A stretch of 64,000 nucleotides of DNA from Nitrospirota bacterium (GTDB taxonomy: Bacteria; Nitrospirota; UBA9217): contig CAWCKW010000012.1 of assembly GCA_963796285.1 (NCBI GenBank), positions 1,632,001 through 1,696,000 on the forward strand, read 5' to 3'. Made by a program: the position numbers and the translations under genes. The notes under the pieces are model-generated. The model had not been told where the DNA came from and ran no database searches. It saw only the letters and a program-made list of their open reading frames with translations. Of the stretch, positions 54,001 through 64,000 are shown one piece after another. Positions within the stretch are counted from its first letter, which is position 1. The number at the start of each line of letters is the position of its first letter.

Positions 54001-54102
54001 CCTCCGCCAGCGCATCGCCGGGCGAAAAGCCAAGGGCCGCAACACTGGAAGCTCCCAGTCCGCGGCAGAAACCTTGAAAAACTGTCTCCGTGTCACCTGC
54101 AT
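51043..54102 (-). CDS. fdnG: Formate dehydrogenase-N/O alpha subunit, selenocysteine-containing (several frameshifts)
   Basis: Tat [67 protein letters not shown]. Confidence 0.93.
53480..53518 (-). other. Selenocysteine UGA codon (53516-53518) and bacterial SECIS hairpin
   Basis: TGA CAC GGC CCC ACG GT GGCCA-GTC-TGGCC CCT at the conserved Sec position. Confidence 0.85.
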
Positions 54103-54119
54103 TTTTATACCTCCATGGT

Positions 54120-54299
54120 TTATATAGATGGCAATGTAGGACAGACGGTCGGCATCAGTTTGCCGGATTTTATCGGAACCCTTTGCACCCTGGCCTGCAC
54201 CCTGTTGGTGTTCGCGCCTAAGCCCGTGGCCTCTGCTGCAACAGCTGCGGTGATGGATCCTGACGTTATTTTTATGAACTGTCGTCGGGTGACTTCCAT
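54120..54299 (-). pseudogene. N-terminal relic of a different Tat-exported Fdh alpha subunit (59 aa)
   Basis: MEVTRRQFIKITSG...VPIKSGKLMPTVCP, then loses the CxxCxxxC motif and stops. Confidence 0.6.
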
Positions 54300-54420
54300 G
54301 ATGTGCTCTGGACTTCCCTTTCTCAATACGACTTTCGCACCTGAGTGGATGGGGGAAAAAGAAAAAAGCTCACGTAATGAAAGGTTAGCACTCCGATCAG
54401 GTGTTGTCAACCAGGTGAGA

Positions 54421-54542
54421 ATGCCGAACTAGATACTCATCAAAAGGCCGAACAACACGCCTACCTGCGCCCATGCGCTGCTCGATATGCGCGGCTTGTT
54501 TGCAACGATGATATTCGGATAGTTCCCGTGATAAGCGTCCCT
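54421..54542 (-). pseudogene. Degenerate copy of the 3' end of the DUF1646 gene
   Basis: Aligns by eye with 56335-56460 (ccgaac..cacgcctacct.cgcccatgc.ctgctcga.atgcgc.gcttgtt...atgatattcgga). Confidence 0.7.
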
Positions 54543-54719
54543 TTTTCAGACGCTCAACGACGGTAGTGATCTTCAAAACAAAAGCGAGTTATGGTTCGGT
54601 GGACGCTCCCTGGGTAGATCGAGTGCTAGAAGAATGCTCACACCTATTCATCACATTCATAATCACATCTTCTGCATTTGTATGGCAGAGTTTTTTCAAC
54701 CATCCATGCCCCGCGTCGG

Positions 54720-54751
54720 AAAAAAAGGGCCACCCTGCTTCGGCGGCCCTT
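54720..54751 (-). terminator. Intrinsic terminator
   Basis: Minus strand AGGGCCGCC...GGTGGCCCT followed by a T-run. Confidence 0.75.
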
Positions 54752-54767
54752 GAAACTATACATTTGG

Positions 54768-55274
54768 CTAATCGTTATCGTGTCTTTCCCTGCCATGACC
54801 TTTTCCACGTCCTGGCCCGTCATTCTTGCCCCTCGGATTGTCCCAATGGCGTTCCTTCTCCCAAGTCCGCCAGTGTCTCTGGACCACGTCGTGAGACATA
54901 CGCTCATGCCCAGGGGGGATACGACGGTATGCGGGCGGCATGTCGATCAGGGCGCGAGGTATACGTCTTGGTCCGATTGCCCGCCATGGCCCGTTATAAC
55001 CTTTAGAGATATACCACCCTCCCCGATGCGGGCGATACCAGAATCCGTGGTAGAAGAAAATATCCACCTGGACATCAGGCGGATAGTATACATACGTCCC
55101 GGGTATCACGACCAGGGCCGGTGGCGCCGGAATTACCAGTCGGGGCAACGGGATATTGATATTGACGTTCACCTCGGCATTACTTGCAATCGGAGTAAAT
55201 ACACTGAACACCAGACACAAGGTGCCTACTCCGAAAGCACTCGATAAAACCCTCAATATTGATCTTTTCTTCAT
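54768..55274 (-). CDS. Exported Pro/aromatic-rich hypothetical protein with Gly/His tail
   Basis: AAGGAGG RBS, signal peptide, VIPGTYVYY..DIFFYHGFWYRP..YNGPW. Confidence 0.75.
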   Translation of the reverse strand: MKKRSILRVLSSAFGVGTLCLVFSVFTPIASNAEVNVNINIPLPRLVIPAPPALVVIPGTYVYYPPDVQVDIFFYHGFWYRPHRGGWYISKGYNGPWRAIGPRRIPRALIDMPPAYRRIPPGHERMSHDVVQRHWRTWEKERHWDNPRGKNDGPGRGKGHGRERHDND

Positions 55275-55413
55275 ATGGCCTCCTTTTACGCTCCCTCGTT
55301 CAAACACGAACTTCCCTTTGACGCTCGCTTTACAGTGCTGCGTCCAAGAGAGTCCCCCTATTTTGAGGGAGCGAGATGCAGCACATGGCGAAGACGCTTT
55401 CCTCAAAGGCGTC

Positions 55414-55977
55414 TTACTCCGGGCGAACCGGCGTAAACTTGGCGCCCTTGAATGAGGCTCCAGCCATCAAGCCTTCGTGATCGAAGATAAACCCCGCAAC
55501 GGGGTTCTGACTCCTGAGGGTATCGATGGAGGCGTTGGCCCCAACCTGAACAAGCGTTATTTCGGCGTCCACGCCTGCCTCCCAGCCGTCACTCCTGCGG
55601 AATTTGTTTAGAGCGTCATCGGTCATGAAAATAATGACCATGTCGTACTGCTCTGCGCCGATCTGATATCCCAGTGAGCCGGACAAGAGGCTGTAGTACT
55701 GGACGGTCTTGCCATCGACTTGAAGGGAACCCTGTCCGTACTGCCCGCCGACGATGAAGCCGGCCTTGGTGATATGCGGCAGGACCAACACACCCTTGGC
55801 CGCCTTCAGATATGCGGAGCCTCCCTTTATATCCTTCTGGAATCGGGACAGTGTCGCTGTGACGCCGACGTCGATCTCAGCTTTTGTCAACGCGCTCGCA
55901 ACAGGACCCGTGATGAAAAAAACTGCCGTGACAACGAGCATCGCGACAACGGTTTTTAGCTTGGCATTCATTTTCAT
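55414..55977 (-). CDS. SYLF/Ysc84 lipid-binding domain protein
   Basis: AKGVLVLP, KAGFIVGGQYG, GYQIGA, GLMAG. Confidence 0.88.
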   Translation of the reverse strand: MKMNAKLKTVVAMLVVTAVFFITGPVASALTKAEIDVGVTATLSRFQKDIKGGSAYLKAAKGVLVLPHITKAGFIVGGQYGQGSLQVDGKTVQYYSLLSGSLGYQIGAEQYDMVIIFMTDDALNKFRRSDGWEAGVDAEITLVQVGANASIDTLRSQNPVAGFIFDHEGLMAGASFKGAKFTPVRPE

Positions 55978-56321
55978 AGTGTCCTCCTGATTCGTAACAA
56001 CTTTTCCCCACCTTACTCCTTTAAGATATTATACCTCGTTTCAATTGGTTCGGAATCCGGGGTCGCACACAATTACAACTATAGTATGTGAATATATCCG
56101 GACCATAAGACATTTTCTCCCATTTAATCGCTCGTATACTTCCCGGTTAAAAACATCGCACTGATGCAGTAAGTATCGTGGATTTAAGGAGAATTAACAG
56201 GATGAGAATGGCGAGAGGGATAGAAACCACAAGCGATGCGCAGAACGCTTTCCTTCAGCAGCGCTTCCCTGGCCTCGGATCCTGAATCCGAGCGCTGCGG
56301 CGTTCCGATAAGAATACCGTT

Positions 56322-57368
56322 CTACCAATACAAAATCCCAAAATAGACAGCCATCATCGCGAGTCCGAACGGCACGCCTACCTTCGCCCATGCCCTGCTC
56401 GAGATGCGCAGCTTGTTGGCGGCTATGATATTCGGAATATTCCCCGGGATGAGCATCCCTCCGGAAATGATGATCCCCAGCATGATGCCCTTGACCTGGG
56501 CCAGGGTCATGAGCGGACCAAGCTCCGCGGCGGCAAGGGTCGCGTTGTCGAGGATCGCTGACGAGATATTGACCCAATAGAGGACCGGGGCCGGCAACTT
56601 CGATATGTACATGTCGATCAGCGGCTTGAAACCCGCACCGAGCAGGATAAGGGCCATAACAAAGATATAGACCTTGAATGCTCGAAGCGCGATATGCGCC
56701 AAGGTCTCTTCGACATCCTCAACCAGGCTTTCCGACCGGGACACTTCTTTGCCGCGAAAGAACCCGCCCGTGACCGAAATCAGGAAAAGTCCGGGAAGAA
56801 TATAGACCCCGAAGATGCGCAAGAGCATCAGAAAGTCGCCGTCAAACGCACCGCCCCTGAGCTTGGCGACCGCGATCGTGGACAGGGGCTCGCCGATCGG
56901 CGTCAGGGCCGCTCCCATCCCGATCGAAAAGCAGGCGAAGATAACGAGCCGCGTTTCATATTTCTTGTCGAGGTTGATGGCGCTCACGACCTCGCACAGG
57001 ATAAGGGCCGCGATGATCGCCGTGATCACGCTCGACAGCAATCCAAGGGTAATAATGAGCAGGAACGCGAATAAGCGCGGCCCCAGGCGGAGCTCGGCTG
57101 TCACGATCATCTTCTTCATCGGTTCGCGGATCGCGCGGAAGGCCAGCCCGAAGATCAGGGTGGCAATGGTTATTTTGACCGGCTCCATGAATACGGACTC
57201 AATGAGCCGCAGGGACAGGAGCGGCTCCGGGCCCAGCAGGTGCGAGAGCATGAGCGTGACAGAGCCGATGACGAGCAGGAACAGCTCAAGATTGTGCTCG
57301 ACCTTTTTTACCAGGAGCGGCATGAGGAGAATTATGAAAAATATAAACAGCAGGAGGTACGTGATCAT
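56322..57368 (-). CDS. DUF1646-family putative cation transporter
   Basis: VEHNLELF, ALTPIGEPLSTI, ILDNATLAAAE, GMLIPGNIPNII. Confidence 0.85.
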   Translation of the reverse strand: MITYLLLFIFFIILLMPLLVKKVEHNLELFLLVIGSVTLMLSHLLGPEPLLSLRLIESVFMEPVKITIATLIFGLAFRAIREPMKKMIVTAELRLGPRLFAFLLIITLGLLSSVITAIIAALILCEVVSAINLDKKYETRLVIFACFSIGMGAALTPIGEPLSTIAVAKLRGGAFDGDFLMLLRIFGVYILPGLFLISVTGGFFRGKEVSRSESLVEDVEETLAHIALRAFKVYIFVMALILLGAGFKPLIDMYISKLPAPVLYWVNISSAILDNATLAAAELGPLMTLAQVKGIMLGIIISGGMLIPGNIPNIIAANKLRISSRAWAKVGVPFGLAMMAVYFGILYW

Positions 57369-57741
57369 TATTATTCTTTCGATTGGATCCCTTTACTGCA
57401 ACGGACTTGATCCATGAAAAAGCTTGCCCAGCTTCCTGTGATTACTGCTCATTCCCAATCGCCATGATCCTTGCCCCGCCAATGGTAACAATAAGTCCTT
57501 GCCGGGTACTAAGTCTTGGTACAATTCCCTCAAAGGTGAATCAGGCAACAGTATAATATAAATTCAATCGTCGAGGTTAAAAAAGTTCGCGACAGCTCAA
57601 TATGTTTCCAGTGGCGATAAAATATGATCTGAAAAATGCCGAATCACTTCATCAACGGCGAGACTTCCTCTCATCTTTGCTTACAACGAATAATTGCACT
57701 GGCCGTCTTCGCCGAACTCAGGCGCCGTCACAAGTATCACG

Positions 57742-58082
57742 TTATATAGCCGCCATGCCGTTTTCGTTGGTCCTTATCCGTATGGCAGTGACCATATCAT
57801 GGACGAATATCTTGCCGTCCCCTACTTCGCCCGTCAGGGCCGCGTCACGAATGGCGCATGATGATCCTGTCGACATCTTCGTCTTTTACGACCACTTCCA
57901 CTTTCGCCCTGGTAAGCACGCTCACGTTATGTGAAACGCCCCGGACCTGGTTTATCCACCCCTGCTGGCTGCCGCGCCCCTCAACTGCTGGAGATCGTCA
58001 CGCCTGGATGACCAACCCGGTCTAAGGCAGCGCATACCTCTGCAACCTTGGCCGGACGAATTATCGCTTCAATCCTTTTCAT
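57742..58082 (-). CDS. Divergent P-II family protein (frameshifted)
   Basis: [10 protein letters not shown]...[20 protein letters not shown]...[24 protein letters not shown]. Confidence 0.8.
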
Positions 58083-58128
58083 TGCAAAACTCCTTTCAGC
58101 GCATGAACATCCTGCTTTGTAATTCATG

Positions 58129-58168
58129 AAAAAAAAGGGCCGGCATGCAATGGAACATGCCGGCCCCG
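58129..58168 (-). terminator. Intrinsic terminator, near-identical to 44605-44641
   Basis: GGGCCGGCATG..CATGCCGGCCC with an A-run on the + strand. Confidence 0.85.
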
Positions 58169-58257
58169 GGAGGATAGACGGCGACCTCTCAAATCGCCGG
58201 CTCTCCGCGTTGTCTCTCAACTACCTTCGGGAGGATAATGGAGAGGACAGCCTTGCA

Positions 58258-60262
<2,005 letters not shown>

Positions 60263-60293
60263 GATAAACCTCCTTTTTCCCTCTTAATAATTC

Positions 60294-61449
60294 CTACCAT
60301 CTATACATCGCGCCGAGCGCAATGGTGTCCTGCGACTTCTTCGTGCCGTTGTCAAATGATTCTTTATTTGACGAATCATGCCGGTACTCCGGCCGCAGGA
60401 TAATGCCGTTGGCAAGCCGGATTTCCGGAGTCACCGTGACTTCGGTCAGTTTCTGTTTTGTGCCGGTCCTTACACCGTCCTTGTCGTCAAATGACTCGCC
60501 CCTCGACAGAGATGCTGTACATGTCGTTGATGTCATACTTTACGATGCCCGCAAAACCGGACCATTTCGCAGTACCGCCGGACGCTGACAAATGGTCTTC
60601 CTGAGCATCGTCATAGTTCAGAATAATTGAAAGCGGTTTGATCGGCTTGATCGTCGCTACCAGGTCGAGAAGCGACCGGTTGTCGTGGTTGTTGGCGGCC
60701 TCCTCGGGTCCCTGCATGTAGTTGATGTATCCTGAAAACAGGTCGCCGGCAGAGACATTGACGCTCGCGCCGATGGACTTGCCCGTATTGTTGTCCGTTG
60801 CATTGTCCCACCCGTTGACCACAAACAATGCGGCGTTCACGTTGTCGGTGAAAACATAACTCGCCTTTGCGCCCGTATGCGTGAACGGTATCGCGTAGTT
60901 GAACAGAAACGAACGCGAATAATTCGGGTTGTCGATCGCCTCGATCACCTCGGCGCCGAAGTAGGTGACCATCTTGCCGATATCGAACCGCAGCCCCTTG
61001 CCGAGCGGCGCGCTGTAGCTCAGGTAAGCCTCGGTGATGTCGAACGATTCGGGGTTCGCCGATCCCGGCTGGGTCCCCAGTCCGGTCGCATGAATGAACT
61101 TTGCTGTTTCGCCGGCAGACACCTTCACTTTATAGCCCACAACGCCTGCCGCGGGATCTTTGGCAAACACGATCTGCGCCAGGTCAAGGCCGAAGCTGTT
61201 TGCCTTGTGATCAAAGACGCGCAGGTCGTTTTCCGAACCGCTGCCGGCCGGGCCGCTGGCGTTCGCGTCGTACGTGTATCCGCCTTGAACGTAGATGCTC
61301 AGGCCGAGCGCCTTCTTCAGATCGTCCGCGTTGAGACCTGCCGGCTTCGCGTCCTCTGCGAATGCCGTCGCGGTTAATGCAACCATCGCGCAAAAAACTG
61401 CCAAACCGATTTTCCCTCCGAGAACATTACCGATCCTTTTCATTTTCAT
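60294..61449 (-). CDS. Outer-membrane beta-barrel porin (putative OmpL-like family; frameshift near 60500)
   Basis: Signal peptide, GAEVIEAIDNPNYSRSFLF..PFTHTG, RPEYRHD, terminal aromatic W. Confidence 0.85.
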
Positions 61450-61564
61450 TTCATCCTCCTCCTGGTTCTGATTTTATCCTGCTTTATTTCAGGGCAGGGC
61501 ATTCTAATGAAAGCCTCCGAAGCTTTCGAGAGTTGTCTACAACAACGTCACTGCAATAACATTT

Positions 61565-61580
61565 TGCAAAGGATATGCCA
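61565..61580 (-). promoter_or_regulatory. Sigma54 -24/-12 promoter of porin-amt-glnK
   Basis: Minus strand TGGCATATCCTTTGCA. Confidence 0.85.
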
Positions 61581-61677
61581 CAATGTAATAAAATCATTTC
61601 TATCCGCATTTCCTTGATAAAATACGATCTTTCACCACGGCACGTATTCGGACGCGACTGGTCGATCAAAAATGCTT

Positions 61678-61713
61678 CGTTTACTATATGGGCAAGTGAT
61701 GAAATTATGGACA
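61678..61713. promoter_or_regulatory. Tandem 17-bp candidate NtrC enhancer boxes
   Basis: CGTTTACTATATGGGCA-ag-TGATGAAATTATGGACA. Confidence 0.55.
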
Positions 61714-61802
61714 GAGTGACGGTCGTCGCGTGAGTAGCTCGGATGCACGCGTGAATCGTGGTGCCGGCATGGGCCCGATAACCTGCTGGAACTGAGATAT
61801 CG

Positions 61803-62894
61803 CTATCGGAATTGTTCCAGGTAGGCGCCTATTTCCTGCGCATCGGCCAACTCGAGAAATTCCTCAGACTTGATCCGATCGAGGATCCTCATGAGATTTC
61901 CATCGTTACTCTCGATGCCGAAACGGGATAACACGCTGCGCAGTCCGGCCCGTCCCATGAGCTTGCTCAGGACGATCGATCGATGGTGTCCGGACAAAGC
62001 CGGGTCCACGGGTTCGTAGTGGACCGGATCCTGCAGGATGCCGTGAATGTGAAGCCCCGACTTGTGCGCGAATGCGCGCTGTTCAAAATGGCGGTGGTTG
62101 ATCGAATCAGAGACCAGCTTCCCGGCCAGCTTCAACGGCTCTGCATAGTGGCGTCCGCTCTTTTCCGTCCGTGCCTCTCCATTTTTCGACCAGGCAAGAA
62201 GGTCCTCAAGCGCAACAAGCCCTGCCCGCTCTCCGATGCCCAGAATGCTCGCATCGATGCATTGCGCGCCAAGTCCGATCGCCGTCACTGCGTTCGCAAA
62301 GGCACGGCCGAGATCATTATGAAAATGGAAATGCAGCGCATCAAAGGGGAGGACGCCGGCGAGGCTCCTCTGCAGACTCGCAATACGGGCAGGCGTGTCC
62401 GTTCCCACGGTGTCCGCGTAGCTCAGGCGGTCCGCGCCCAGCTCCTTCAAATGACCGTAGAGTTCAGCAAGCTCGTTCCGATCGGTCCGGGACGCGTCCT
62501 CGCAGGTGAAGCGTACCGACAAACCGAGTTCTTTCGCATAGAGGATCGATGCGGATATCCGCTCGTATACAGCGCGCCGCGTCAACCCATACCGCTTCAG
62601 GCTCAAGGTGTTTATGCCGGAGAACAGGCCTATCCATGCCAGACCCAGCTCCCTGATCATGCGGATCTCGTCCCTGTCCAGCCGCGCATGGGCGATCAGG
62701 CGGGAGCTCAGGGGGAGCGCCGCGATCTCGGCCACGGCCTGTTGTATCGAAGGGGCTGCGGCCGGATGGCCGACCTCGATAAAATCGACCCCCATCTCGT
62801 CAAGCAGGCAGGCCAGTCTTTTTTTCGTCTCGATCGGGAAGAAAACTCCGTAGCATTGTTCCCCTTCCCGGAGCGTTGTATCCAGTATTTCCAT
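61803..62894 (-). CDS. Homocitrate synthase-like DRE-TIM enzyme (NifV/AksA/LysS-like)
   Basis: LDTTLREGEQ, EDASR, YADTVG, HFHNDLG, GIGERAG, AHKSGLH; no LeuA regulatory domain. Confidence 0.85.
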   Translation of the reverse strand: MEILDTTLREGEQCYGVFFPIETKKRLACLLDEMGVDFIEVGHPAAAPSIQQAVAEIAALPLSSRLIAHARLDRDEIRMIRELGLAWIGLFSGINTLSLKRYGLTRRAVYERISASILYAKELGLSVRFTCEDASRTDRNELAELYGHLKELGADRLSYADTVGTDTPARIASLQRSLAGVLPFDALHFHFHNDLGRAFANAVTAIGLGAQCIDASILGIGERAGLVALEDLLAWSKNGEARTEKSGRHYAEPLKLAGKLVSDSINHRHFEQRAFAHKSGLHIHGILQDPVHYEPVDPALSGHHRSIVLSKLMGRAGLRSVLSRFGIESNDGNLMRILDRIKSEEFLELADAQEIGAYLEQFR

Positions 62895-62928
62895 GGTGGC
62901 TGCTGCCTCCGTCAGGCAGTACGATGCA

Positions 62929-63099
62929 TCAATGGATATTTTTCGCCAGATAGAGCCCGTACATCAGGGACCCCCAGGCAATAAGCGTTGTAAAGGCCGC
63001 GATCTTGCCCTTGTCGTGGTCGTTCATCCGTCCGATCAGGAATGAAACGAAGAACGTCATCATTGCAAATGCCAGTATTGCGAATACTATCATGGTCAT
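62929..63099 (-). CDS. Small two-TM membrane protein
   Basis: AAGGGAG RBS, two hydrophobic segments. Confidence 0.55.
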   Translation of the reverse strand: MTMIVFAILAFAMMTFFVSFLIGRMNDHDKGKIAAFTTLIAWGSLMYGLYLAKNIH

Positions 63100-63154
63100 G
63101 ATCTCCCTTCCTAACCGTGACAAGCCGAAACCAAAAGTCAGAATCTAAGGCATC

Positions 63155-63254
63155 TCTCGCAAAGACGCAAAGAACGCCAAGAAAATCTTTAAGTCTTGTC
63201 TTTTAAAAAACAAGCAATTTAGCCCTTCTTTGCGGGCTTTGCGTCTTTGCGAGA
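63155..63254. repeat. ~9-bp-period inverted repeat element
   Basis: TCTCGCAAAGACGCAAAGAACGCCAAG ... CTTTGCGGGCTTTGCGTCTTTGCGAGA. Confidence 0.85.
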
Positions 63255-63293
63255 AAATTTTCTTGCCGTTTTGAGTAGAATTTTATTCTTTCC

Positions 63294-64000
63294 TTATGAC
63301 CCACAGATTTCACAGTGCTCATCCCGGGGGATCCGAACCTTTCTGAAATCCATGTCAAATGTATTGAACACCAGCATCTCCGAGAGCAACGGTTTCCCAT
63401 ATCCGGTCAGCAGCTTGATCGCTTCGAGCGCCATCATGCACCCCAGCATTCCCGATACGGCGCCCAGTACGGGGAACCCCATCTCCTGCCATGCAGGATC
63501 GTCCTCAGGATAAACGCAATGGATGCAGGGCGACACCCCCGGGAGCACATTAAAAAGATACCCCTCCATTCCGTTCATGGCGGCCTCGACCATGGGGATG
63601 CCCTTCTCGATGCAGGCCTTGTTCAGAGCGCGCCGCTCGCTGAAGTTGGGCCGCGCAGACAGTGCGATCCGCGCCGTCCGAAGCAGGTTCTCGACGTTCG
63701 CATCCGTTATCCGGTCGTCGACTGTCTCTATTTCCACATCTGGGTTCATCTCCTGGATCGTCTTCTTCGCCTGGACCACTCTGCTTTTGCCAATGGCCTT
63801 ATGCTTCATGAGGACCTGGCGGTTCATGTTCGAATGCGTCAGGTTCCCGGCGTGCACCAGGATGAGCCTGCCGATCCCGGCCGCGGCAAGATAGAGCGCT
63901 GCCGTGCCGCCGAGGCCGCCGACGCCGGCAACGAGTGCAGTGGAATTGCCGAGCCGGCGCTGGTGGTCGTTTGTGAAACCGTGAAGCATCAGCTGACGGC
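63294..64000 (-). CDS. HesA/MoeB/ThiF family protein, HesA-like (start beyond window)
   Basis: GVGGLGGTAALYLAAAG, NMNRQVLM, PMVEAAMNGMEG, CIHC, VLGAVSG..ALEAIKL, CEICG. Confidence 0.88.
   Translation of the reverse strand, partial: RQLMLHGFTNDHQRRLGNSTALVAGVGGLGGTAALYLAAAGIGRLILVHAGNLTHSNMNRQVLMKHKAIGKSRVVQAKKTIQEMNPDVEIETVDDRITDANVENLLRTARIALSARPNFSERRALNKACIEKGIPMVEAAMNGMEGYLFNVLPGVSPCIHCVYPEDDPAWQEMGFPVLGAVSGMLGCMMALEAIKLLTGYGKPLLSEMLVFNTFDMDFRKVRIPRDEHCEICGS

Overview
This is a 64 kb bacterial chromosomal window of moderately high GC. Gene content and protein style suggest an anaerobic Nitrospirota/deltaproteobacteria-like organism (inference). Left part: housekeeping genes (uppS-cdsA-dxr-rseP-ispG-proS, a PilB/GspE-type ATPase, GH57, an ABC pair, an NtrX-type regulator, cysteine desulfurase, cysK, recN, a lipoate ligase). 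At 23.6-28.9 kb a truncated ISNCY/IS1202-like element is followed by an apparent integrase-less integron cassette array (four attC sites plus one half-site) carrying membrane ORFs, an addiction-module/ParE TA pair, rsgA, a TPR gene and a cupin. Next come BamA-family/SurA-like genes, ntrBC and three ammonium-transporter loci with three P-II genes. The three amt promoters share one architecture: sigma54 site, IHF-like site, tandem 17-bp boxes. Also present are a PerR-led oxidative-stress cluster, a selenocysteine fdnGHI-fdhE operon sitting between relics of a different Fdh/NrfD operon, and a homocitrate synthase-like gene plus hesA-like gene at the right edge. Intergenic regions hold many 7-bp- and 9-bp-period inverted repeats, some inside coding sequence. 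Many genes past ~17 kb are split by small indels, most likely long-read assembly errors. All calls are by eye and no database searches were run.
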